Assembly: GCF_018350175.1 (NCBI RefSeq) | Contig: NC_058368.1 | Location: 179,554,001-179,618,000 of the forward strand | Length of the DNA stretch: 64,000 nt | Direction of reading: 5' to 3' | Source of the DNA: Felis catus | Lineage: Eukaryota | Part shown: one piece after another, positions 38,389 through 51,799 of the stretch | Layout of the letters: every line of letters begins with the position of its first letter | Position numbering within the stretch: the stretch's first letter is position 1 | Made by a program: the position numbers and the translations under genes | The notes under the pieces: model-generated | Told to the model about the DNA's origin: nothing | Seen by the model: the letters and a program-made list of their open reading frames with translations, nothing else | Database searches by the model: none

Positions 38389-38590
38389 TTTTTTTAAGTT
38401 AATTTATTTTGGGAGAGAGAGAGAGCATGTAAGCAGGGGAGGGGCAGAGAGAGAGGGAGAGAGAGAACCCCAAGCAGGCTCTATGCTCAGCAGGAGCCCA
38501 GCACAGGACTAGATCCCACAACCCTGGGATCATGACCTGAGCCAAGGTCAAAAGTTGGATGATCAGTCAACTGAGCCACCCAGATGCCCC
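38389..38590 (-). mobile_element. SINEC (older-looking subfamily)
   Basis: T tail, (GA)n, gatcccacaaccctgggatcatgacctgagcc...ctgagccacccagatgcccc. Confidence 0.93.
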
Positions 38591-40069
38591 AAGAAGAAAT
38601 TTTGGACAACTTTAGTTCAATGATTTTAAAGATTAAGTGAAATTAAAAACTGAAGCAAGAAGGGATAGAAAGTCTATATAGTCCTATATTAAAGAAATTA
38701 AATCTTCAACTGAAACACCCCACCCAAATCCATCTACACTCAGATGGCTTAACTAGTGAATTCTACCAAAGTTTTAAGGAATAAATAATATCAACATAAA
38801 CTTATTGTTTAAAAAGAATGGACATTTGTCATTTGGACAGTATAATTTTTATGGCAAAATCCAGCAAAAACATTTCAGGAAAAAATATAAATCAACATAT
38901 TTTATTAATATTTATATGAATTTCCTAATAACATATTAGCAAAGAGAATTTAGTGGTACATGAAAAAGATATATTAACAACCAAGCTTGAATTATTCAAG
39001 GAATACAAGGTTGGTTTAATATTTAAAGATCCCTCTCCTATATAAAAAAATGCGAAACAACTAGGATAGCAAAGCCAAAGACACACACAACATCTACAAT
39101 AAAACTAGTTTATAAAGTATCTTAGTAAACTCTTGCACCCCTGATAAAAGTAGACAGGGAAAAACAATCGATGTTTACAAAACCATTGTGTTATCTCATC
39201 TGTGTGGGACAAAGCAGAGGCAAGCCAACTGAAATTCTTATGACTCTGGGAACAGGAGATCACTTAAATGACTAATATGTAGTCATTGGAAAACACAGTG
39301 GCCAGCTTGAAAAAGGCTGCCAAAAATGGAGGGGAGCTGGATTAGATGCACTTCATGGTAAGTACAGAGGAACCATGATGTGATAATGACTTATATAGTA
39401 GTTGGAGTATTCTGGGCCCTATAAATTCTTTAACAAAAACAGGGCTCTTTTTCAAAGAAAGGCCTAGCATTAATAAGTAATTAATAAGTAACCTGAGAGT
39501 AGTTGATCAGAACAGGAACAATAGTAGAAATGAAAAGAGAACTTCTTCGTGAAAGTGTTAGAAATCACCAGAAGAGTTAGATCTCAGAAAATACAAGGCC
39601 ATGGTTTTCATTATTTTGTGCAAAAAAAAAAAAAAAAAAAAAAAAAAAAGAATAAAAAAAAGCAAAGCAAGAATGAACTCTAGACTCTTGAAGTTAAAAA
39701 AGCTATCAATTCCCACCCCTTCCTCATAAAACTACAGGAATTTCTTTCATTTAAGAAATAACCAAAAAGATTATGGTTGAAGCTCATACAAAGTGCTTTT
39801 TCATAAGAAAAATTAAAAAAGTAAGAAGTATAATAACCTTTCTAGAAACAATGAAAACATGCAAGAAAGTGGTACCCACAAAACAGATGAAAACTATAAT
39901 AGAATAGTTCAAAACCAGCTACACAAATTTAAGGTCTTACAAACTATAAAAATACAACATAAATTTGAATTAAAAAAACTCAGAATTTAGATGATTAGAG
40001 AAAAATAGGATTTGAAAGGAAGGATAAAGAACGCAGGGAATGATTTTGAAATAAAAGAACTAATTTAAA

Positions 40070-40282
40070 TTTTTTTTTTCAACGTTTATTTATTTTTGGG
40101 ACAGAGAGAGACAGAGCATGAACGGGGGAGGGGCAGAGAGAGAGGGAGACACAGAATCGGAAACAGGCTCCAGGCTCTGAGCCATCAGCCCAGAGCCTGA
40201 CGCGGGGCTCGAACTCACGGACCGCGAGATCGTGACCTGGCTGAAGTCGGACGCTTAACCAACTGCGCCACCCAGACGCCCC
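40070..40282 (-). mobile_element. Young felid SINEC_Fc-type insertion
   Basis: Perfect 18-bp TSD taaaagaactaatttaaa (40052-40069, 40283-40300); ~14 CpGs retained. Confidence 0.97.
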
Positions 40283-43200
40283 TAAAAGAACTAATTTAAA
40301 AATAAATGCTGTCAACTCTGAAGAAGAAGAATGAACTTGGAGAATCACACTATCCATTTTCAAGACCTACTGTAAATCTACAGTAATCAAGACAGCATGG
40401 TATTGATGAAGTAATAGACATATGAATTAGCAGAACAGAATAAAAAAAAAACAGAAATAGACTCATTCAAATATAGTCAACTGGCTTTTAACAAAAGTGC
40501 AAAGACAATTCAATGGAGAAATAGTCTTTTCAACAAATGATACTGGGACAATTAGATGTTCATATGTAGATAATTGAACCTAGATATAAACCTTATATCT
40601 TACACAGAATTCAATTCAAAGTGGATCATAGACCTGAATGTAAAATGTAAAACTACTAGACTTCTAGGAGAGGCAAGAGAAAAAATGTACATGACGTTGG
40701 GTTTAGGAATATGTTTCTTGACATAACAACAAAAGCATGATCTATAAAAGAAGAAAAAAACTTGATCAATTGAACTTTATTAAAATTAAAAACTTATGTT
40801 CCACAAAGAACACTGTTAGGGGAATGAAAAGACCAGTCACAGACGGGGAAAAAATTTTTGAAAAATGCATATCTGACTTGCATACAATATATACAAAGAA
40901 CTTTCAAAAATTTAACAATAAGAAAACACTTCTACCCCCCCCCCCAAAGAGAAAGAAATGGGCAAAAGATTTGAACAAGTACTGCATCAAATATATGCAA
41001 ATGGCAAGTAAGCATATGTAAAATTCTTGATACCACTTTTCTAGGGTAATGCAAATTAAACAACAATGAACTATCACTCCCCCCCCCCTTAATTATAATG
41101 GCTAAAATACTAAAAACTGGTAATACTAATTGGTGGTGAGAAGGTAGGGTACTAGGGACTCTCATTTATTGCTTGTGGGAACGCAAAATACTATAGCCAC
41201 TATGGAAGACAATTTAGCAGTTTCTTACAAAGCTAAATATAGTCATATCTTACAGTTCAGTTCAGTGTTTAGGGGTGCAGAGAAGAGGGGATGGAGGGCT
41301 GAATAGGTGAAACCATGGGAAAGGAGGGGCTTAGGGTGGTGAAATTGTGCAGTATGATACTAAAATAGTGAATATATGACATTTGCATTGATGAAAGCCC
41401 ATAGAATTTTATAGCATAGAGAGTGAACCTTAATGTATGAACATTTCTAAAAATCATTTAGAAAATTGGAGGATCCCAACATGGAATACAGACTGTGATG
41501 ATGAATGTATGAATCAACCTCTTAAAGGTAATGGGGAAAGTTGCTGACCTAAATGAATTTGAAAATGAGCAGAGGGAACCACATACATGAACTGTACTGT
41601 GGTTGATAAAATTTCCCACAGGAGTATGGGTTACTCTGAAATCACTGTACCTGTGTGTTGGAATTGAACAATGGATGGTGGATGGTAGAGACAGGTTTCT
41701 CATTGCTGAAATGCATGGTTACAGACAAGCAATGAAGAAAACTATAATGATCTTTGTGGCAATGGATAAGAGTTGGAGACATCAGTATGAACAAATGTTT
41801 AGTCTGATAAAGATATGTTCACTTAATATAGATGGATATATATAGAAATAAATAGATATAAAAAAAAGAAATATATTGATATGTAAATATACATAGGCTT
41901 GTACACAAGCAGATGTGTCCTTGTTCTCTTAGCAGGAGAGCCTAGAGGCAGTGACACCGCAGCAGCAGTGACCATACCTACTGTCCTGATCTTGGTTTCT
42001 AATACCATTGTCCAATGAAAGGGAGCTAAGACTCTTGGAGAAATGGGTTGATTTTAGGACTTGGTATGAGATAGGTTGTACCAGAAAGGAAGTGCTCAAA
42101 ACAAAACAAGACAAAACCCACAATTAGGGGATATATGAAAAGAACATAGAAGCAAACCAAAAGAGCTAATTGCCAAAGCTGAAACCATTTCAGCAACAAA
42201 GAAGCAAATCAGTATTGGGTTATAACCAAAGTATAAAATATTCATGAGTCCATACTGAAACATAAGTAAACGATTGAATAAATAAATGAATGGGGAGAGG
42301 AGAAATCTCCCATTCAGGAGAATTCTAAATGATTTATGTAGATTTTCTGTTCTTAAGGAGGAGGAGCATAACTCTCCACTCCTTAAATGGAGGCTTTGCA
42401 CAGTGACTTCCTTCAAAAGAGTACTGTATGAAAAAGGGCAGAGCATAGTAATTTAACAGTGGAGAAATGTGACACACACTACTATCTCAGCCAGATGATC
42501 AAGGCCAATGTCCAAAGTGGTAAGTCATGTTGATAGTATGTACCTTTGATATGATGTAATGAAAATAGCAGTTTACATCTGTGATCTCCAGCTCAAAAAC
42601 CCCTACCTACATTCTAATGAGAAAAACATCAGAAAAATTCCAGTTGAGGGACATTCTTAAAAACATCTAAACAGTCCTCAAAACTGTCAAAGTCATCAAA
42701 AACAAAAGTCAGTGAAGCTGTCAGAGCTAAAAGGAACATAAGGAGACATGATGACTAACTATAATGTGGCATCCTTGATAGTATCCGAAAAAAGGGGGAA
42801 AAAAAACATACAGGTAAAAACTAAGGGAATCGAAATAAAGTATTGACTTTGGTTCATAATAATGTATCAATATTGGCTCATTAATTGTGGCAAAGGTACT
42901 AATGTAAGACATTAATGATAGAGGAAACTGGGCAGGGGATATATGAGATTGCTCTGTGCTATCTTCCCAACTTTATGTACATATAAATCTATTCTATAAA
43001 AAGGTTATTTTTTTTAAAAGTTGACTGTGCCAATCCCTACTTGAACAACAGATTCAGAAGCAAAATAAATGTGGTTATTGTTTTACACCAAAAATATATA
43101 CATACATATTAATCTAGATACAATTCAAGGGCATATAAATGTAATAGATGATGTCTTAAGAGAAATGAAAAATAGAAAGGAGTAGTTTTTCAATCAATAA

Positions 43201-44260
43201 GAAGTTAATACAGAGATTAAGAGGATTAAATACAAAGCGATAGATACAGAAGTCAAAGTCTTTCTATCACATTTATAATACAAATTTCTGAGGAAGAAAA
43301 CTAAAGCAATTACTCTGAAAAACTCTTTGGCAGTATCAGCTAGAGCTGAATATACACATACCCTGTGACCCAGCAATTCCTTTCTTGGCTATACATCCCA
43401 TAAAAAGATATACACAAGAATGTTCATAGGAGCACTATCCATAATAGCCCCAAATTGGAAACAGGCCAAACGATCATCACCATGAGAAAAGATAGATTGT
43501 GGTATATTCATATAATGGAATAGACTGATGGAAAATGAAAAGTTACACCAACACAAAACGACTGCAATATGTAACAACACGACAAATCTCAGAAACAGAA
43601 TGAGTGACAAAAGCCAGACATAAAAGAATATATATTACCTGATTCCATTTATGTAATCTTCAAAATAGGCAAAACTAATTTATGGTATTAAAAGTCAAGG
43701 TAGTGTTTATCATTGGAGGGCTATAAATGGAAGAGAGCATTCGAGGGTTTCTGGGGTGTGCCATCATGTTTCTAGATCTGAGTAGAGGTTTTGTGGATCT
43801 GTTCCACTAGGTGAAAGTGCTTCTAGCCACAAAATTTACATTTGTTTATTTTTCTATGTATATGTTTTACTTCAAAACAATTATTTTAAAAGGAGACTTT
43901 AGAGACAAATATAATAACCAAATTCAGTGCCTTGCTCTTAATTGAAGCCTGGTTTGAAGAAACGAATATATAAAATAAAATTTTGAGACAAATGGAGAAA
44001 TCTGAACATGGATTAGATATCACGAACACAATGTTGGGGAATCGTTTATTAATTTTGCTAAATGTGATAATGGTACTCTAGTTATCTGGGAAAGCCTCTT
44101 AAGGTTTTGAGATGCATGCAGAAATCAAACATCCTGATTTCCATAATTTACCTTACATGGTTCAGAGTAAAACAAATACAGCAAAAGGAAAATAATTGTG
44201 GAATCTAATTGGTGGGCATATTTTTGCTTTACACTTGAACATTTTTAATTTTTTTGTAAA

Positions 44261-44459
44261 TTTTTTAAAGTTTATTTATTTTGAGCGAGAGAGAGAGCAC
44301 ACACGCTGGGGAGGGGCAGAGAGGAGAGACAGAATCCCAAGTAGTCTCCACGCTGTCAGCGCAGAGCCTGATGTGGGGCTCAAACTCACAAACTGTGAGA
44401 TCATGACTGGAGCCGAGATCAAGAGTCGGACACTTAACCGACTGCGCCACCCAGGCGCG
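44261..44459 (-). mobile_element. Felid SINEC
   Basis: tttatttattttgag...gagatcaagagtcggacacttaaccgactgcgccacccaggcgc. Confidence 0.93.
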
Positions 44460-45522
44460 TTTTTTATTAAAATTTAAATCTTTTTTAATTATCATGTACT
44501 TTTCATGGAGAAAAAACCCTGAAGCTCTAAAATTAAGGTAACTTGCCACGCTGAGATTTAAATCCAGGACTATTCTGAATTTAGGTGCTAGGAAAAGAAA
44601 ACATAACTGTCAGGAATTTGGAGGAGATTATGATGTTGTATTATCCAGTTTCCTCATTTTACAGATAAGGAAACAGGCTAGAGAGGAATTTGACTTCTAT
44701 GAAATGTTAATGCAGCATGCAGTATTTGAGGGGTTGAGTTGCCTTGGTGTTAGCTCAGTTTTTCCAAAGAGCAGAACACAATGGTGTTCTTAGCCCTAAG
44801 CCAGAGTTCGCATTTACTCTTTAATTAGATGTGAAGTCAATAATTAGATTATATATTTAAATGCATATGTGTGGCAAATATATATTTTTAAATTATTGCA
44901 AGATTTATTTTGTTTCTGGTAGGATAGAAGTCTGCTTGTCCCACCAGAACTAAGATTGTGTTATGTTCCTTGAGCCAATCATTTAGAGGCCAGACATTCA
45001 AACAGCCCATGAATGTGGCTTTTTCTTCCTTTGGCCTCATTTGTATCAACATCAAACACTGACCATTGTTACTAACTCAGAATTATGGACAGGGTTTTCT
45101 TTGTGCAATTTTATCGCCTGCGGTGTCTACACTTAAATTACTCTACGTCCATGAAAAAAACCCAGTGCCTGTGTGGGTGTATAAGCTGCCAACACCAGAA
45201 ACACCACTGTTGACAGATTTTTGATTGGTTTGTGTTTTTATTCCCTTAAGAAAAAAAACTTCTATCTTGGAATATATTCTCCATTGGTTCCTTAAGAATT
45301 GCAAAACAGTGTGAAGGGTATGCCTTAAGACTGGGGAAATGTTAGGGGAAAAATAAAAACTGGAGACTGTGTTCACCATCACGCCTGGAGGCCTGCGATC
45401 GTAGACCAGCCTGCTTGATTCTCTCCCACCAAGCCCTTTCCTCTCTGGTTGCATTGAAGGACCAAGACAGATGAGGAGGAGGTTGTTGGAAGACTCAAAC
45501 CTAAAATCTTCAACTATACCTT

Positions 45523-45551
45523 ATAACCATAACCATAACCATAACCATAAC
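45523..45551 (+). repeat. (ATAACC)n hexanucleotide repeat, ~4.5 units
   Basis: ataaccataaccataaccataaccataac. Confidence 0.85.
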
Positions 45552-45644
45552 TTCGTATAATGGGCGTTGGGGCCATCTCCCTAGAGAACAAGACTCAGGA
45601 TTATAAGCTTAGTGATGGCAGGAAATTTAAGTGAATATGTAGGA

Positions 45645-45860
45645 AGTGTAGCAAAGTAGTAAGGAATGTGGGCTCTGACATCGTGGCCCACACTTACATG
45701 CTGTTTGACCTTGGACAAATTAATGAGCCTCTCCTAGCCTCAGTTGCCTTATCTATAAAACATCTGTATATCTACCTCATAGGGTTGCTGGTAAAACTAA
45801 ATAGCATACATGAGAAGAATTTAGAACAGGGTCTGGTTCGTAGTAAATGCTTGTAAGCAT
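45645..45860 (+). mobile_element. MIR SINE
   Basis: tagcaaagtagtaaggaatgtgggctctg...tgaccttggacaaatt...gcctcagttgccttatctataaaa. Confidence 0.7.
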
Positions 45861-46414
45861 TTCACTGCAGTCTCTGGGGGGAAAAAAAAGACTGATTATG
45901 TGTTCCTGGAGATTCCTTAAGACCGGCATTTTCAGACTTTTTTCCAGCGACTTCCTCTCCCACTCCACCCTACAGCAGCTCACCCATCTGCAGACAATTC
46001 CAGGTTAACAAACATCTGTTAAGCATCTGCTATGGCACCAGGTACTATGTCAGTTCAAGAGTTTTTGAGAAGAATACAGTGGAACCCATGCCATCAAGTT
46101 GCTTACAGTCTATTTAGGAAGGCAAACGTGTAATCACAAACCTTTCAACACGGCAAATAGTGAACCCTCAAGAGTACAGAGGAATGGCCATCTCTACCAG
46201 TGAGGCCAGGGAAAACTTTACCCAGGAGGCATCGCTTGAACTGAGTCTTGACTATCAAGGAGTACAACTTGTGACCACCACATCAGCAAAGGATTATATG
46301 ATCTGGGGTCATTTGGAATAGAAACAAGAATAACAAGGGCCATTCTCTAAAAGTTTCCACGGGCCCTTAGATCTGCCAGTTTTGATACAGTGAGTGTGTG
46401 ATAGATATTTAGTC

Positions 46415-46570
46415 TAGTGATTTAAAGATTAAGAATGTGGACTCAAAGTTAGGGTAGACCTGGATTTGAACTGGTGTAAGTCTTTCCATTTTCCCTTACT
46501 AGCCATGTGTCCTCAGGCAAGTTTCTCAATAGTTCCAAGCTCCATCTGTTAAATGGGGATAATCATTGTT
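46415..46570 (+). mobile_element. MIR SINE
   Basis: ttaagaatgtggactc...cttactagccatgtgtcctcaggcaagtt...catctgttaaatggggataat. Confidence 0.7.
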
Positions 46571-47655
46571 GAGTAGCATTGCCTTTTAAATAGAAACCCA
46601 TTTCTAAAGTTGGCATGAAAGATTAAAAATGGAAAATATTCAAAATTCTTGACAGTTCTGTCTCCCATGAACAAGACATGTAGGGACTGTTTTATACTGA
46701 AAAGCACTATTGACCACTGGAATCCCCATCAGCAAAATGTTCAGGGTGAGTGGCACAGGAAGACTGAGATTGAGGGAGGGGCAGATTCTTGTCTCTCATC
46801 CGAGTCATTTGGGGGCACAGGTTCATTGAGAAGAATGTTGGTAGGACCTGCTGTACCTTGTATTTCTTATTGTCTTTTAATCTTTGCTGAGTGTGCCTGT
46901 ACTTGGGTTCACCCATAAATTACAGGCACATGTATTGTGATTCCACTAGACCACTTCATAAGGCGCTCACGAGATGACCCATGTGAAGGGCTTCATTCAC
47001 ACAGCGATTGGCACAATTGTCACTCAGTGTATTGAGTCATCCTTGCAGATCCTCCTCTTCTTCTTCATCGTCCATCATGGGCTAAGAGTGATGGATAAAT
47101 AAAAAGAGCAGTTTATTTGACCAAATGAGCCAAATAACTATATTTTTATGCACTGCTTTGTTTCCAGCTCTTAGGCCAAAGACCCTGTGCTAAATACGTG
47201 CCAACTTGGCTTCCTGTTCTTATTTTCCCATTAAAAATCATCAAAGCATGTTTTCTCATATGGAAAATGAGCTTAATAGTATTTTCTGTCTGATAAGAGT
47301 AAGGCTGTTGTCAGAAAATATGTATCTGCTAAAGTACTCTAAAAAGGCAGACAAAACAAAGCAAATTGTCATGATTATTTCTATCATCATGTGGGGGCAC
47401 AGCAACATAGCCGGGTTAGATTGTACCCACTTCTTCCCCTGAATGCCTTGAAGATCAAAAGAATTAATACTTTTTGGTTCATTTGTTTTATTCTCTTTCT
47501 TTATATTATACTATTTTGTGGGAAGTAGAGATCTATCTGAAAGATTGGTCTTCTCATTTCAAAGTATAACAAGTAGAGTGCTCTAAGTCTGGGAGTATGT
47601 CAGCCAAAGTTTCAATCTCAAAATGCTTGTGTCTCTCTCGCTCTGTCTCTCTGGG

Positions 47656-47659
<4 letters not shown>

Positions 47660-47749
<90 letters not shown>
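47660..47749 (+). repeat. Compound (TG)n(CG)3CACG(TG)n microsatellite
   Basis: Direct reading; ~90 bp of unbroken purine/pyrimidine alternation. Confidence 0.95.
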
Positions 47750-47752
<3 letters not shown>

Positions 47753-48160
47753 GGGCTTCTCCAAGACGTGGAGGTTTGGAATGAAGATGGTAATTGACCT
47801 TTAACAAGAGAGCTGAGAGCACTGCTTCTGTGTGTTATATGACTGTGAGCTGGATTTTAAATGTTTGATTAAGTTATTAGAGTGTTTTGTTTTGGCATAA
47901 AGTACTGTAAATTTACGATTGCTGGCCAAAGCGGTTAGTCAGTGGAGAAGAATAAATTGTTTTGAGAGGTGCTTCAAAACCTGGATTTTATTCTCTTGGA
48001 AAGACAGGGTTTTAAATAAATCATGTAATACAAATGAGAATTTCTATAATTGAGGTTCAAACCAGGAAGATCCCTAGGAGCTTTGGAGTAGTAAAATGAA
48101 AAACAATATTCCAGGATGCTTTCTTTCTTTTTTCTTTTCTCTTTAAATTTGTGTTTTGAA

Positions 48161-48408
48161 GGGTGCCTGGGTGGCTCAGTCAGTTAAGGATTTGACTCTT
48201 GGTTTCAGCTCAGGTCATGATCTCATGGTTCGTGAGTTTGAGCCCTGTGTCTGCCTTTGTGCTGACAGTGTGGAGCCTGCTTGGATTCTCTCTCTCTCCT
48301 CTCTGTCTCTGCCCCTCCTGCTCATTCTCTCCCTCTCCCCCCTCCTCTCTCTCTCTCTCTCTTGCTCTCTCCCTCTCTTTAAAAAATAAAGAAACACACT
48401 TTAAAAAT
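48161..48408 (+). mobile_element. Felid/carnivore SINEC
   Basis: gggtgcctgggtggctcagtcagttaag head, long (CT)n, A tail. Confidence 0.93.
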
Positions 48409-49174
48409 AAAATTTACATTTTGAGTGTGCTAACTTTGTTTTTAGGGATCCAGAGACCAAAAAACACAAAACAAACACACATTAAATATATGTTGTCACA
48501 CAATTTTTGTCTGAGATGTGAATGCTGTAGAGAGACTTAAGAAAAAAAGTTTCCGGGACACCTTTGCTTATAGTGATTCACACAGTTAGATGCCCCTGTC
48601 ATCTGCATCCATGTCATTACCTGGAGAATTTCTGTCTGGCAGTCCTCACTCCCTGTCACCCAGTAATTTCATTCTCTGACAGCTTTCATGTTTTCAGAGC
48701 ATGTTCTCTTCCTTCAGTTAGGAAATCTATCTTAAATGGCAACTCCCCTCTCTTGGGGGCCTTTTTTGGCTTGTGGCCTCAGACCTTCTCCCAGGATCCT
48801 TCCACCTGTTTCCTCAAAGTCCCCAGCCTTCCCTCAGCACAGCTAAGCTTCTCCCAGGAGCACCAAAGTAAATAAAACATGATTAAATGTATGTGATTGG
48901 TTTTTGTACTGCTTTATGTATTTGATATAGGTATACACTAGAGAACTTTGTACCATACAGTGTATAAATATACCATATATAATTGATTAAGTAGGGCAAT
49001 TGTGGCCATTTCTAGAACAGTATGCCATCAACCCTCTGTTTGGAACCTGGGCATGTATTCTGATATTTGTTTTTATGGGGTCATGTGAAATAAAGTTAGG
49101 GCTGCAGCCCTTTGTACAAGATTGTAGAGCGCTACCCAAATTGTACTGCTAAAACACTGATTTTCATAGGAGAT

Positions 49175-49415
49175 TAGCTCAGTGATTAAGAGCACAGGCT
49201 GTGTCCTCAGGCTACCTCCCTGGGAATCTCAGGTTCTCCACTGGCCAGCGGCACAGCCTTAGGCAAGTACCTTAATCTCTCATCTGTACAAAGGGGTAAT
49301 AGAATTACCTACCCCAGAGTTGTTGAGAGAATTGAATGAAATAATGCATGTTTTGGGTCTAGCAAAGCACCTGACACAAAACAAAGTAAGTGGTGAATAC
49401 ATATTAACTATTAAT
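49175..49415 (+). mobile_element. MIR SINE, near full length
   Basis: tagctcagtgattaagagcacaggct...ggcaagtaccttaatctctcatctgta...aatgaaataatgcatg...cacctgacaca. Confidence 0.8.
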
Positions 49416-50029
49416 TACAACATCATCATGATCATATTTAAGTGGTGTTTAGCATATAAAAAAAAATCTCTCCTCAAAATGGAAAAAAAGTAAATGTGGG
49501 GATGGTCTGTTCAGCTGTTCCCTCACTCATGAACGCTCAAGTATATGCTAATGCCCACCCTGGGTTGGACACCCCAATCATCTGTACCCGGCAACACTCA
49601 TCTCCTCAGTGGCCTCCATGCCTCCCATTCACCCATGATCTTGTAGACCTGCTATTGCCTGGGAGCCATCCTTTTCCCAGCTGGTCCCCACTTCCTGTAG
49701 GGTGAGGGCTATTTTGACAGGACTGAAGGATGGAGATTCCACAGATGTGGAAAGTTCAGTAAAGTCACTGGCACTCCTCCAGCCTTAGCATCTATCTCAC
49801 TGAAGCATCCCCTGGGCTCAGAATGTTAAAATAACTCTTCCAACATCCACATTGTAAGATATCAGAGAGATTCCAGGCCTGGATCTTAGCAAAATTGAAG
49901 ATGATCTTGAGTCTTTGAGCATCCTGACACCCACCATTACTACCTTTAGAGTTTGTGACAGAGTGAGAAAAGGGACTGAGGGTAACAGATGTGTTTGTGA
50001 TTTTGGCCTTTACCTTGCCCTTAGAATAG

Positions 50030-50250
50030 TGAATAAGTACTGGCATTTATTAAGCACCTTCTTAGTCAGACACAGTGCATGGTTCTGTACAAATATTGCC
50101 TCACTGCATTCTCTGAGCTATCTTCCAAGGCAGAGGTTATTGTCAGCATTTTACAGATGAGGTCACTGAGTCTCCGGGAAGTTAAATCACTTGTTTTCAG
50201 TCCCACAAAGCAGAGACCGGAGGCTGCAACCTAAGTTTAGACCAAAGCCA
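50030..50250 (-). mobile_element. MIR SINE
   Basis: cattttacagatgaggtcactgagtctccgggaagttaaatcacttg. Confidence 0.75.
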
Positions 50251-50659
50251 AGTGCTTTGGTCTCTATGGGTCTTTGGTTTTGTGTTAGGCACCAAGTACG
50301 TGGGAAGTGGTTATAAGGCCACTTTCTTTCCACCCCAGGAGTGGGGAAGGAGCAGGGAGAAGACAAGGGCTGAGGAGGAGTCCATCCTGTCTCCCAAATG
50401 CATGTCTAGAAAGAGGTTGTCCCCCACAGAGGCACAAACATTCAGCCCCACTCTCTAGTCCTCCTTCTACCCCTTAAGAGTTCTCAGATTTACCTAGCTC
50501 TATACCTCTGGAGCTCCCATTGCTCAATGATGAGTGGTTAGCAGACATGAGGGTGGGGATTTCACATCCACGTTGATATTCCTAGGGGGTGGCAGGGCCT
50601 GGAGGAGGATTGCAGAGTGACAGGGAGATGGTGGGGGCTGCCTCCAACAATGGCCTCTT

Positions 50660-51180
50660 GTTTCTCCTCTCATCTTCATCCCTACCACTGCTAAACTCAC
50701 CCATGTCATCATCAGCTCTTATTTGAAGGACCACAGTTCTCCTCTCTTACCTGTCTGCTTCCATTCTGGCTGCAGAGAAAGTGTTCTTCACTCTAGAGTA
50801 AGCCAGAGTGAGTTTCTCAAATACATGTAGTGCTTAAAATTTTTCTCAGTCTTCCTTTGGCTCTTAAAATCCACTTCAATCCCTTGTCCCATCTTCCTTC
50901 CCACCCCCCCTCCTCAGCTAGGAACCACCAGTCATCCTTTGGATCTTAGCAACAGGGTCCCTTCCTCAGGTCCCTTCCCTTTCTGTGCCCCTCCAGCCTG
51001 CTCAGTTCTTCTCTCACACACTCTTACAGGACCCTGACCCTTTGTTCATCTCAGTCTGTATTTAAACATTCCTTAGTGATGCTCAATTGATGTTTGTCTC
51101 CCTCACGAGACTGTAAGCCCTCTGAGACAAATGTGTCAGTGCTCAGCACAGCAATGCTAGCACCTAACATTCAGGTGTGC
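50660..51180 (+). mobile_element. L2 fragment
   Basis: catccctaccactg...gccagagtgagtttctcaa...tgtctccctcacgagactgtaagccctctgag...ctcagcacag. Confidence 0.55.
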
Positions 51181-51799
51181 CTAGCCACACCCTGAATTTG
51201 TTAACATTTGTCATGTGTGTGAGTAACATCACTGGTGAGTCCGTGCTTTGGAAACCCAGGAAGAACGTGCATACAGATGTAGCCACACTATGGTTACCCC
51301 TCACCGCTTCCCTTCCATTTCCAGTTAGAGAGGCTCTGCTGGGCTCTCCTCCACCCCACCCATAATGAGAACTACCAGCAGAACTTCCTTTGGGGTACCT
51401 TCTTGTTATACTCATTATTTTGTGAAGCCCTACACTGATCCCAGGGAGGAACCCATTTGTGGAACACCTCTACCTTCACCTCTCCTGTGGTGGTGAGAGA
51501 AGACGTGGCACATAGTAGGTATTCTGGGAACATTTGGTAAATGCTCAGCAGCATATTACTTTGACCATTCTGCATAGCAAATATTTTTTATTGAAATAGG
51601 TATGTATGTAAAAGAAAATGTATACATTTTGAATGTTATGTAATTACTTGTTGGAATCTACATTTTATTTAAAAACTGGGTGATCCATTTGGGGCCTGGT
51701 CAAGTAATTATAGTATGTCAGTAAGCTGAGCAATGTCGTATCATAGTAATTTTCTCTATACCATCTAATTTCTGTAGTGATCTCCTGTTATGGATCTGG

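Larger units (their letters stand above)
36430..44250 (+). mobile_element. Composite nested block of decayed L1 fragments (L1M/L1ME/L1MC, plus an ORF1- or HAL1-like piece)
   Basis: 36880-37083 translates to a decayed L1 endonuclease N-terminus (..DKLRVKGWKRYHENMNQKKVGVILLILHKIDF). 40320-41250 is ORF2 C-terminal (LDQLNFIKIKNLCSTKNTV..KWAKDLNK), followed by a long L1MC-type 3'UTR to ~43020 and L1ME-type 3' ends at 43320-44250. Confidence 0.85.

Noticed and set aside
39622..39649. 28-nt poly(A) suggesting a retrocopy tail
   Set aside because: No flanking TSD or upstream mRNA-like sequence found; it sits within A-rich L1-type sequence.
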